Positions 46,432-54,841 of a stretch of 64,000 bases of DNA are shown in pieces. The DNA is taken from positions 96,001 through 160,000 of IMG/VR virus record IMGVR_UViG_3300027987_000212; one strand, 5' to 3'. The first letter of the stretch is position 1, and each line of letters opens with the position of its first letter. The DNA is from a virus. The notes below the pieces were generated by a model that was not told where the DNA came from, made no database searches, and saw nothing but the letters and a program-made list of their open reading frames with translations. Both the position numbers and the translations under genes were made by a program.

Positions 46432-48069
46432 CTACTGCCAGTCCGTAACTTGAGCACCCCTACCGCATTCGTCCAAGAATGCACGATGAAAGTACGTCGC
46501 ACTCAGCGGGGTGAACAGGGCTTCTACTGGTACCGTGGCAAGCTTGATGCAGCTCGGCTCCTTGACTCTCGAAGAGTCCAGTAAGTCTGGGGCGTGAGCT
46601 ACTAGTTCCATGAGGCCTGCGCGGTACCCGTTGTACGCAGCCCCAATCTTACGCATCAGGTCACTGTGAAGGGAAGCACTTACCCCCTCCACTGGCTCAG
46701 GTGTCTTCCCTAGCACCAGCACACGCTGCTCGATGAAGGGCCCAAAGCCACTGCGTCCAGACAAGAAAGGCAGCAATAGCGGCAGTAATGTAGACAAGAA
46801 ACCTTCAGGCCTGAGCGACATGTCCTGCACTTCATCGCACCGCGGGAACACCTGGTTACCCTCCGCAAACTCATCGGCAAGCCCACCAGCACCTGCATGC
46901 ATGAGAAGCATGTGCTGAAACTCCTTGGGGCGCAGGACAATGCCCAGCGCGGTAAGGGTAGCCAGCGACTGCGGAAGAGGCAGCCCCGCCAAGTCCGCAA
47001 GCAAGTCTGGCGGTAAGTCCCGCTCTTGTCGAGTCAACAATGGCACCGCTTTGCCTGCCAGATTACTGGGCAAGTTGTCCTTGTCTATGGAACCCCGCTT
47101 GGACCCAGCCTGCTTCCCGAATTCTCCAGTAAGAATGCGCTCAAACGTACTGGGCGCAGAAGCAGTCTTCGTGCCCTCCACCGACGCTGTCTCCAAGGTC
47201 GACGTACGTAGTGGCCACGAGCCCTTACCGCTGAAGATGAGTAGCATCTGCTTCGCCGTGCGGTCAGCACCGATAAAGACGTAGCTGATATCGAAGAACC
47301 TCGGGTAGTCGTTGAAGACGAACACTTTCCTGCCATCAGGCAGGATGACGTTCATCATCTTCAGGGCATGCTCACAGTAGTCTTTGCGCGTGATGGACAC
47401 GCCACGAATAGGCTTCCGCTTGTGTACCTCGAGTACAGCCATGCCCGGGTGGGCATGCCGCTTCGGGTCAAACGTCGCCTGCGCGGCACGGTACCGGTCC
47501 CAGTCTAAGCAGATGGAGCAAGTATCGAACGGAACCTTCGCGCCCATACTAACGTCGGGGAATCCGCCAGCCTGTATCTTGTCCCAAACCCCCGTACCCC
47601 CAAACTGCTGACACTTGTCGTAGTCAAGACGCGTAACCAGCTCCGCCCGCCGCATATGCGGGTTCCACGTTGCCAGTTCCACTTCCCCAAAAGCCTGGGC
47701 TGAGTCCTTGTTCTTGTGATGCGCGTAGGGGTGCGCTCCGTAGAACGTGGGAAACCCGTACGGCCACGACTCAGCAAGTACCTTGTCGTGAGCAGGTACG
47801 TTGGTCCACTCACTGGGGCGATGGACGAGGGCTGCCTCGGGAAACGCGTCGCCATTGACGTTCGACCCGAAGTACTCACTCGCCCCGAGTGCATTGACCA
47901 GGACGTACTGCGACTCCTTGCGTGGCCGCAATCCCTGAATGTACGTCGCCACCTCAGGCATGAGGCCGACAGAAGCCGTCTTCTCGAAGTACTTGTCGGC
48001 ATGCCCAAAAAGCGGAACGACGACCTTACCGGCCTCACCCTCGTGGCGATAGTAGCTGTACTTGAGCAT
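46432..48069 (-). CDS. Prohead maturation protease (HK97/herpes-assemblin fold) with C-terminal extension
   Basis: SNVNGDAF, YAHHKNKD (His), DVSMG (Ser), CSIC...CEH, FFDISYVFIGAD. Lies upstream of the scaffolds and MCP. Confidence 0.75.
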   Translation of the reverse strand: MLKYSYYRHEGEAGKVVVPLFGHADKYFEKTASVGLMPEVATYIQGLRPRKESQYVLVNALGASEYFGSNVNGDAFPEAALVHRPSEWTNVPAHDKVLAESWPYGFPTFYGAHPYAHHKNKDSAQAFGEVELATWNPHMRRAELVTRLDYDKCQQFGGTGVWDKIQAGGFPDVSMGAKVPFDTCSICLDWDRYRAAQATFDPKRHAHPGMAVLEVHKRKPIRGVSITRKDYCEHALKMMNVILPDGRKVFVFNDYPRFFDISYVFIGADRTAKQMLLIFSGKGSWPLRTSTLETASVEGTKTASAPSTFERILTGEFGKQAGSKRGSIDKDNLPSNLAGKAVPLLTRQERDLPPDLLADLAGLPLPQSLATLTALGIVLRPKEFQHMLLMHAGAGGLADEFAEGNQVFPRCDEVQDMSLRPEGFLSTLLPLLLPFLSGRSGFGPFIEQRVLVLGKTPEPVEGVSASLHSDLMRKIGAAYNGYRAGLMELVAHAPDLLDSSRVKEPSCIKLATVPVEALFTPLSATYFHRAFLDECGRGAQVTDWQ

Positions 48070-48072
48070 GTA

Positions 48073-48630
48073 CTACGCCGTCTGCTGGGCAGCTCGAGCG
48101 CGGCGCTGCTCCTCCTCGAACCCTTGTTGCCGTCGAGCTTCTTGCATCTGACTGTTGAGGCCGTACTGCACACCCGCACCCATCGCACGTTGGATGTCAG
48201 GAACCAGCGACATGTTGCCCCGAGTCAGCCCCGCGTGCTCCTTAGCCAAGTTCACCAAGGTGCCCCCGACATTGCTTGGGTTCTCTCCCATCATCCGCAT
48301 GAAGTGCGCTGCGACCAGCGGCTGCGCTGCGAATTCAGGTGCCATGCTTCTCAGCGCAGTAAAGCGTCGGTTGAACGTTCGAGGGTCCTCTTGTTGGTAC
48401 TCTCGAAGCCCTGGGTCCGCCTCCATCATGCTCGAAAAGTCTCGCCGCTTGGTCAGTGCTTGGTAGGCCTTCCCCGTGGCTGCAACGAGGCCAGTCGCTG
48501 CAATGCTGCCCCCGACGGACACCGCAACACCGGGTATGGCTGCCTTGGCTGCGGGCCAGAACGAGGCTGTCTTTGGGGAGGCCAGTTTGACCTCCCCGTA
48601 CGTCTCCAAGTACTCATCGAGTGGGTTCAT
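48073..48630 (-). CDS. Putative internal head protein (KxA sites plus hydrophobic Gly-rich helix)
   Basis: VKLASPKTAS followed by FWPAAKAAIPGVAVSVGGSIAATGLVAATG. Confidence 0.7.
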   Translation of the reverse strand: MNPLDEYLETYGEVKLASPKTASFWPAAKAAIPGVAVSVGGSIAATGLVAATGKAYQALTKRRDFSSMMEADPGLREYQQEDPRTFNRRFTALRSMAPEFAAQPLVAAHFMRMMGENPSNVGGTLVNLAKEHAGLTRGNMSLVPDIQRAMGAGVQYGLNSQMQEARRQQGFEEEQRRARAAQQTA

Positions 48631-49895
48631 ACGGGAAAGCCCTGCTGGTAGCTGTACTGCCGAATCATGTTCTGGTGGGTGTAAGGCACCCGGCTCAGGA
48701 CGAAGTTCTTCGCCCCTTGTACCATCGGATTGTACTTGGCGCGCTGGTAGGCGTCCTCGAGCGCAATACCGCCAGCGATGTGCGGCGCGTACTTCACCGC
48801 CCCGCCCAAGACGTTCCCCGCACGCTCCGCGGCTTGGACGCTACCTCCCGCCGCCTCCACCATTTCACGCGTGAACGCATTGACGGGGCGCGACGCTTTC
48901 GCGGTAGCTTGCGTCACACCCCGAACCGCTTTTGGGATTTTGCCCAAGATTCCGCCAATCTCTGACGCGGAGCTTGCCTCCTTCAAGAAGGTCTCGACTT
49001 GGCCCAGAGCCGTCTCGACGTCCTCCATGACCTGCCGCGTTGCCGCCAACTTGTTCAGCGTCTCGCACCACGTCGAGAACGTCCGCACCAACGGGTGCGC
49101 CGCGTTGACGGGCGTCGCCGCAACCTTCACCGCGAGGGACTCGACGAGCTCCTCTCGAGAGGGGAACACCCCGGAAGTCACCAAGGCGGGAGTCAACATC
49201 GTGAAAGCAGCCTTGATGAACTCCGGCTGCGCCCCAGCGCCCGCCCCCCAGGCTGCGACGATGTGCGACAACGGGACACCCGCCAAGGCTGCCTGCTTCG
49301 TTCGCTCGAGTAGCTCCCCACCCAGCATCTGCAGCTGCGTTTCCCCCAAGCTCATCTCGGCCAAGGCCTCCTCGTACAAACTGGCAAGCTTGCTCCGAGC
49401 CTCGAGCGCGGGGGCCAGTGGTTCTGCGAAAGGCATTGGGGAGGGGGTAGCCTGGAAGAGTTCGGCCAGCTTGACCTCGTCCAGACCCATCCGCGCCTCA
49501 TTGGCCGCCGCAGCCTTCGCGAAGTCGGGCGGGGGAGCCTGGTAGTCCCCGCTGCCGGTGTCGAACACAGACCCACCCCCACCGTCGTTCAAATCCTGAA
49601 GGATGGCCGCGGGGTCTGCCGGGCCGCCGACGAACTCCACGAACTTGTGCGACGCGCCCACCTTGCTGAACTCAGTCTGGTAGGCAGCATGGTTCGTGAA
49701 CTCGACTACACGCCGTACTTGTTCCGGAGACAAGCCAGCAGTCTTCACCGTGCTTACTACAGCCTCAGTCAACGTACTACACTGCCCACGATGGTAGAGT
49801 GCCGCAGCATACTTCCCCAGCGTCTCCAGTTCTGCGCCTGTCTTGTTGCGCGCGGCCTTCTGCTGCACCAGCATTGACGTGGGAAGGTCATTCAT
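48627..49895 (-). CDS. KxA-rich head-associated protein, first gene of the head operon (start revised to ATG 49895)
   Basis: 12 of 20 Lys are in K-x-A. TACGCT -10-like element 7 nt upstream, with no SD. Confidence 0.7.
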   Translation of the reverse strand: MNDLPTSMLVQQKAARNKTGAELETLGKYAAALYHRGQCSTLTEAVVSTVKTAGLSPEQVRRVVEFTNHAAYQTEFSKVGASHKFVEFVGGPADPAAILQDLNDGGGGSVFDTGSGDYQAPPPDFAKAAAANEARMGLDEVKLAELFQATPSPMPFAEPLAPALEARSKLASLYEEALAEMSLGETQLQMLGGELLERTKQAALAGVPLSHIVAAWGAGAGAQPEFIKAAFTMLTPALVTSGVFPSREELVESLAVKVAATPVNAAHPLVRTFSTWCETLNKLAATRQVMEDVETALGQVETFLKEASSASEIGGILGKIPKAVRGVTQATAKASRPVNAFTREMVEAAGGSVQAAERAGNVLGGAVKYAPHIAGGIALEDAYQRAKYNPMVQGAKNFVLSRVPYTHQNMIRQYSYQQGFPV

Positions 49896-49939
49896 AGCAA
49901 GTAGCGTACACCCACCCAATCTCCAAGGGAAGTAATCGA

Positions 49940-50641
49940 GTGACGGAACCCAGCGAACTCGTTAGCACCCAAGAAGCGGCGCAACTCCTAGACCTTGCGC
50001 CGCGCTCTGTGCGCGACCTGGTAGCAAAAGGCTACCTACGGCCGACTGCAGCCGGCACTCACTACAAGTTCCGAAAGAGCGACGTATTGCTGCTCGCGGC
50101 CATGCGCCAGCAAGGTACCGACTTACCCTCTGTCGCACTGATGGCAGCACACTCCGCCGCACGTATTGCCCAGCTCGAGCGACAACTTCACTACCTCTCC
50201 GTAGTGCTCCAAGTCGACATCCCTAGTGCGGACCTAGCCGCCGATGCCGTCAAATCGCGCCACATCAAAGCACAGGACACTGTAGGCAGGAGGCAGCACA
50301 CTACTGAAGAGGTGTTCGAGTGGGCTCGGTTCTTCTACGCGGTTGGGGAGGAGTACTTCGACGCCATACTTCAGCATGTAGGAGACACAGAACCTTGGCA
50401 GTTACTCCTGAAGACAGCTAACCACCTCATGACCTGCTGCACCCCCAAGCTGGTAGCCAAGGACACTGAAGCCCGGGCAGCCTTTCAGTATCTCGATGCT
50501 GCCCGGCGCAACCTGTACCATGCAGCTTACTTCTACGTGCGGCGCTCCTACGGCGCAAGGGCGTCTAACGCGCTATTCCCGCACGCTACTGGTAACATCA
50601 ACGCCGAGTTATCCGCGTTAGCCAACGCCATTCATGCCTAG
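49940..50641 (+). CDS. MerR/excisionase-like HTH DNA-binding protein
   Basis: VSTQEAAQLLDLAPRSVRDLVAKGYLRP...YKFRKSDV. Confidence 0.8.
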   Translation: MTEPSELVSTQEAAQLLDLAPRSVRDLVAKGYLRPTAAGTHYKFRKSDVLLLAAMRQQGTDLPSVALMAAHSAARIAQLERQLHYLSVVLQVDIPSADLAADAVKSRHIKAQDTVGRRQHTTEEVFEWARFFYAVGEEYFDAILQHVGDTEPWQLLLKTANHLMTCCTPKLVAKDTEARAAFQYLDAARRNLYHAAYFYVRRSYGARASNALFPHATGNINAELSALANAIHA

Positions 50642-52428
50642 AACTCCAGCCCAACAGGCATGATGTATGCGGCCATCTTGTTACCGTGCTTGTCCTCTTG
50701 ATTGGGGGCGATGATGTCCGACCGCGGAATCTGCAGCATAGACACAAGCCACGCGTATAAGAACGAGTGAAACGTGTCATCCGGCTTGTCCGGTGAATGC
50801 AGGTACTGCAAGAACCTCAGGCGCTCGTTGTACTGGCTGTAGATGTTCAGGAAGTCTGCGGCGTAAGGAGTCTCGAACTCTTCCCATCGTGGGAATTCGC
50901 ACTGCTTACCCTTCTTGATGGCGTTGAAGATGTCGCTCATCACCTCCGTGCGACGAACCTTGAACCTGCGCAACTTGTTGTCCCACTCCACCTTCGCCTT
51001 GCACTGAGACAAGTACTGGTACTGCCATACGCGGCGCGCGCCGTAGCGACGCAGCAATAAGCTGTTGGGGTGGAAACCGCCACCGTAGTCCACACCAATC
51101 AACGAGACGTTGAAATAGTCCAAGAGCTGCGTGATGAGGTCCATCTGTATGGAGGGCTCAACCTCCCGCCCCGTAAAACGGTGCGTGTAGAACATCCGAA
51201 AGCGGTTGTCTACGTACGTAGCAAGGGACAGGACAGTGTAGCTGTTCTCTCCCGTACCCCAGTCAATGCCCGCGAAGATGGGTTGGCCAAAACCGAGTGA
51301 GCGGTAGCGTTCGATGTCCTCCATCGACACAGCGTCATTGCAGCATATTTTGACCTCATGTTTAGCTAGAGGACGTAGACCAGAATCATAGCTAAGCCCA
51401 AGCACCTCATTGTAGAACTGCGCTCGCGGGTAGCGCTCGTAGTCGTTGAGTATCTCCGACCAACTACGCCAAGGCACCATGAGCTGGGATATACGGTAGC
51501 CCTCAAAGGTTATCTTTGGCGGGTCCAGCTTGTTCATAGCTGCCCACTGCGCTCGCTCGTGCTGGGGGTTCAGCAACTTGCCACACTTAGAGCAAATGAG
51601 TCCCTTGCGCCCAATGTTACTCTCGCCAAGTACATTCCAGTGGCGGCAACCGTCGCAGGGAACCACCCACTCACACTGCGTGGAGTACCTATCCCAGTAG
51701 TACTCGATAGTGTTGTCTAGGGACTTCGGCGTACCAGAATAGAGGTAGCGCTTCCAGCGCTCCGGTGCGTGCGAGGTGCACTGCTCCATCACCGGGATGT
51801 TGTCCGGCAAAAGGTCTTGAATCTCATCCAGTTCTAACAACCAGGCGGGGATGCCGCGCGTGCGGTCGGCATTCAAGAAAGCGTAGCGTAGCGTAATCTT
51901 GCTGCGGTTGACGAACTGCTTCTCCAAGATGTTCTGCGACAACATCTTGGTCGTGAACCGACGAAGCATCGGGCTAGTATCGATAGGCTCCTTGATGCGG
52001 TCCTTGGAGAAGGTATCCGTCTGCCGTCCCGATGGTGAGACATACAAAGCACGATAACCCGGCACCATACAGCAGTACGTGAGCGCATAGTTGCCGAGGA
52101 ACGTACTCTTCTCGACCTGCCTACCGCACTTGAGCAGGACACGATTGGCTGGCGTATCGTAGCAACGTCTGAGATGGGGACGGGGACCAAAAGAGAAGCG
52201 CCGCATCTCCATCCGCCCCTCCTCCGTCTCAGTGGGCATCATGAATGCCGCTTCTGTAAACTGTGAGGGGGTCAGCTCGGGAAGTACTGGCGTCGCACGC
52301 CGTCCTTGCGTGAAGTAGGATTCTTCTACAGACTCCTCCCCAGGACTCCAAATCACTCCCTCAGGGATAGGCCCACCATCTGGGTCATCCAGGTCCGCCT
52401 CTCCTACCCAGTACTGCTCAGCCGCCAT
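50638..52428 (-). CDS. terL: Terminase large subunit, lambda gpA-like (start revised to ATG 52428)
   Basis: KCGRQVEKST Walker A, LLELDEIQD Walker B, YSGTP coupling motif, CDGC...CSKC Zn motif, and FAGIDWG nuclease. GGAG SD. Confidence 0.9.
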   Translation of the reverse strand: MAAEQYWVGEADLDDPDGGPIPEGVIWSPGEESVEESYFTQGRRATPVLPELTPSQFTEAAFMMPTETEEGRMEMRRFSFGPRPHLRRCYDTPANRVLLKCGRQVEKSTFLGNYALTYCCMVPGYRALYVSPSGRQTDTFSKDRIKEPIDTSPMLRRFTTKMLSQNILEKQFVNRSKITLRYAFLNADRTRGIPAWLLELDEIQDLLPDNIPVMEQCTSHAPERWKRYLYSGTPKSLDNTIEYYWDRYSTQCEWVVPCDGCRHWNVLGESNIGRKGLICSKCGKLLNPQHERAQWAAMNKLDPPKITFEGYRISQLMVPWRSWSEILNDYERYPRAQFYNEVLGLSYDSGLRPLAKHEVKICCNDAVSMEDIERYRSLGFGQPIFAGIDWGTGENSYTVLSLATYVDNRFRMFYTHRFTGREVEPSIQMDLITQLLDYFNVSLIGVDYGGGFHPNSLLLRRYGARRVWQYQYLSQCKAKVEWDNKLRRFKVRRTEVMSDIFNAIKKGKQCEFPRWEEFETPYAADFLNIYSQYNERLRFLQYLHSPDKPDDTFHSFLYAWLVSMLQIPRSDIIAPNQEDKHGNKMAAYIMPVGLEF

Positions 52429-52810
52429 GTTCTCCCCAGAGCCAACCAGCAATCCCATCGAGTGGCTGACCCAGGTAGGCCAAGCCCTGACCTTTGCCGG
52501 AGACCACCTCAGTGGTCAAGCTAGCTGCGTAGAAGCAACCACAACTCCCGGGACGTTTGACGTGGCTTTTCACCTACAGGGCCTCGTAACAGGAAAAGGT
52601 AAGCAGGCCCTAGTAGGGTACATACGCGAGTACGCTCGAGGCTGCGGCTGGGTAGCCTCCAAGTTTACGTGGTCGATGACATCCCTCATGTTTCAAGTGA
52701 GGGTAAGAAGTCATCGAGTCCCTGGTCCATACTCTGAAAGAAGCGAACAAGGTACGACCGCAAGTCAAGAATATGACCATAATCCCTGGCTCGAAGCCAC
52801 CAAGACGTGA
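52427..52810 (+). CDS. Hypothetical protein divergent from terL
   Basis: Fills the only gap, uses GTA/CTA-rich phage codons and has a protein-like sequence. No SD, and overlaps the convergent gene by 125 nt. Confidence 0.45.
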   Translation: MFSPEPTSNPIEWLTQVGQALTFAGDHLSGQASCVEATTTPGTFDVAFHLQGLVTGKGKQALVGYIREYARGCGWVASKFTWSMTSLMFQVRVRSHRVPGPYSERSEQGTTASQEYDHNPWLEATKT

Positions 52811-53153
52811 CCTCCGGCGAGTACTTAGCCACTAGGCGCGGTTGTTCCGCATCAAAGTGTGCGCGAGCGACTGGGTCGAGGACACTGGGGAATAACTGCG
52901 TCCAATAGTGGTGTACCGCCGGTTTCAGTGGGTGCCCTTCGGGTCCTTGCAGCTCCCTAGGAAGGAAGAAGTGGACGACGATGTCCGACTCTTCTAGCAA
53001 GGTGTACTCCGCATTGAATGTGGTGAAGTCGTCTATCGGGGTGAAGCGAACAACCGCCTCCTCGAGTCCGCCGACAGCAACCTGCCCCATTTCGTTCAAC
53101 AGCGTACTTGTGTTTGCATCACTTGCCTGCGTCATCGTTAACCACCTTCCCAT
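52686..53153 (-). CDS. Hypothetical protein (start probably MTQ at about 53135)
   Basis: GAAGGTGG SD. Globular. Confidence 0.7.
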   Translation of the reverse strand: MGRWLTMTQASDANTSTLLNEMGQVAVGGLEEAVVRFTPIDDFTTFNAEYTLLEESDIVVHFFLPRELQGPEGHPLKPAVHHYWTQLFPSVLDPVARAHFDAEQPRLVAKYSPEVTSWWLRARDYGHILDLRSYLVRFFQSMDQGLDDFLPSLET

Positions 53154-54039
53154 CCGTCAACATCGGCACTGATTCATCCGGCAGACTAGCCAGCGTCGGC
53201 ACCTCGCTGGTCTCTGTACGGAGCATCAACCTAGCCAAGTCCTCATGCATCTCATCCACCGAGCTACCAACATCGACCATGATTTCGTGCATAGCCTTGG
53301 CTACCAGTGCCAAGTCTCGAGCCTCTGCGGCCGCACCCGACATCACAGCGTTCAAGGAGGCCGCAACTGCAGACAGTCGTGTCGCCCCAACCATGTTGGC
53401 CAGCTGCACATTGGCCGGCATGTACCCCAGGCGTAGGCTAGTCAGCATCGTCCCGAGTGTCGGCGAGGGCATTCGAGCGACCGTACGCCGCGGGTCTTTC
53501 CGGTGTTCCGTGGCAAACGCCCCCGCCAATGCAGTCTCATCTGGGTCAGTGGACGCAGCACCGTAGCTACTTCGCACCTCAATGAGGGCGCGCAGCTCTG
53601 TCGTGTCGACCAAGTCAACGTTGAAATAGTGCTCCGCGAAACGCTGTACAGCTAACGGAGCACACTGCCTACGTTCTCGTGAAGCCAACACCATGGCGAT
53701 GTAGTTGTAGGGGGCTCGAGTAATGAGCAACGTCTCGATTGCTTCCTTCAAGCGCGGCAGCTGCAACATCTGGTTAGCTGCCCGCATCGCATCATCCGGA
53801 TGGAACAACCAGAACAGCCGCTCCCGCAGTAGAAAGCGGTAAGAGGCAGCGTGGGCTAAGTCTTGCGGACGAAAGGGCAGCGGCCGCACCATGGAGTCCC
53901 GTAATCGCTGCAAGTAGGGCATGCCCAGAAAAGGGAGACCCAGTTGCAGGCACATTTCCCGTATTTGGTCGTCTGGGTAGTCATCGGGGTGTACCAGAAG
54001 GTACCTCAGGTAGTACTCCGCGGGGGACCGGCGAACCAT
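53119..54039 (-). CDS. Hypothetical helical protein (terminase small subunit candidate)
   Basis: 306 aa, two genes upstream of terL. The TerS idea rests on position only. Confidence 0.6.
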   Translation of the reverse strand: MVRRSPAEYYLRYLLVHPDDYPDDQIREMCLQLGLPFLGMPYLQRLRDSMVRPLPFRPQDLAHAASYRFLLRERLFWLFHPDDAMRAANQMLQLPRLKEAIETLLITRAPYNYIAMVLASRERRQCAPLAVQRFAEHYFNVDLVDTTELRALIEVRSSYGAASTDPDETALAGAFATEHRKDPRRTVARMPSPTLGTMLTSLRLGYMPANVQLANMVGATRLSAVAASLNAVMSGAAAEARDLALVAKAMHEIMVDVGSSVDEMHEDLARLMLRTETSEVPTLASLPDESVPMLTDGKVVNDDAGK

Positions 54040-54071
54040 TCACGAGAACGTGGACCATTCAGGCCAGCTAG

Positions 54072-54099
54072 TCAATAAGAAGCTGCGCACAGGGATAAG
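54072..54099 (+). promoter_or_regulatory. Putative phage promoter motif, copy 3
   Basis: TCAA-N16-GGGATAAG in the divergent gap at the head of the 54-64 kb plus-strand block. Confidence 0.55.
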
Positions 54100-54128
54100 T
54101 ACCACGAGCAACCACTAGGACTAGAGGC

Positions 54129-54833
54129 ATGCAAAACCCCAACGCAACACTCATCATCGGCGACGTCACCCTCGTACAAGTAGAGGTACCCGAACGCCCC
54201 AATACTCGTGAGTGGCACTCACTGTTCGACACAGGCCCCCAAGTGAAGCTGGTCGAGCATCTGTCTGCCGTGCAGGGTGGTTGGGAAGCCGTAGTCCACC
54301 GCCCGGAAGACCCCAACCGGACGGTAGCCATGTTCGCCGGCTTGTACGAAGACCTACACCCGCCATTACTAGCCGCACTCAACGTAGGGTCAAAGACAGA
54401 GGAAGACCTCTCGAAGCGTGTGAAGCAAGTAATCAAAGCAGCCACCATGAAATGGACAGACAGCCCCACAGACGACCCTGCTGGCGGGCAGATGGGCGGG
54501 GCTCGCTATCTCAAGTCCTTCGAGCTGCCCATCTCCGCACTACCCACCGTGGTAACCGTAGAGCTGGACGACCCCATCATTGGACTGCGCTGTCGAGCCT
54601 GTCTTGCTCCCTACTACCTGACGCTAGAGAAAAGAAGCTTGCGCAGCAAGGATGGTATCCGCCAACTGACTGTGGGCGGCTGCAGCTTGTGCACCACATG
54701 CAACAAGTCCAAAGAATCAGCTACAACGCTGCGCGCTCATGGCGTTTACCGAATGCCCGCACGTGTACGGGAGCACCTCATCGAAACAGTCAACCCAGTA
54801 GACGGGCCAGGAGTACTAAAACTGCCCAAGTAG
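54129..54833 (+). CDS. Hypothetical protein with C-terminal Zn-ribbon
   Basis: CRAC...CSLCTTC. GAGG SD. Confidence 0.7.
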   Translation: MQNPNATLIIGDVTLVQVEVPERPNTREWHSLFDTGPQVKLVEHLSAVQGGWEAVVHRPEDPNRTVAMFAGLYEDLHPPLLAALNVGSKTEEDLSKRVKQVIKAATMKWTDSPTDDPAGGQMGGARYLKSFELPISALPTVVTVELDDPIIGLRCRACLAPYYLTLEKRSLRSKDGIRQLTVGGCSLCTTCNKSKESATTLRAHGVYRMPARVREHLIETVNPVDGPGVLKLPK

Positions 54834-54841
54834 GAGTAACT

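Noticed and set aside
42315-52428. Assigning the phage to a named family or host
   Set aside because: No sequence match can be verified without a database. TerL and MCP phylogeny are required.
11702-54108. Shared 9-mer TACCACGAG at 11702 and 54100 beside promoter copies
   Set aside because: Only two copies, on opposite sides of the motif, so chance cannot be excluded.
54212-54841. N-terminal 210 aa of the 528-aa ORF 54212..55798
   Set aside because: Overlaps the real 54129..54833 gene. An SD-supported start exists at 54842. The same logic was applied to track starts at 11820, 13612, 58910, 59251 and 62741.
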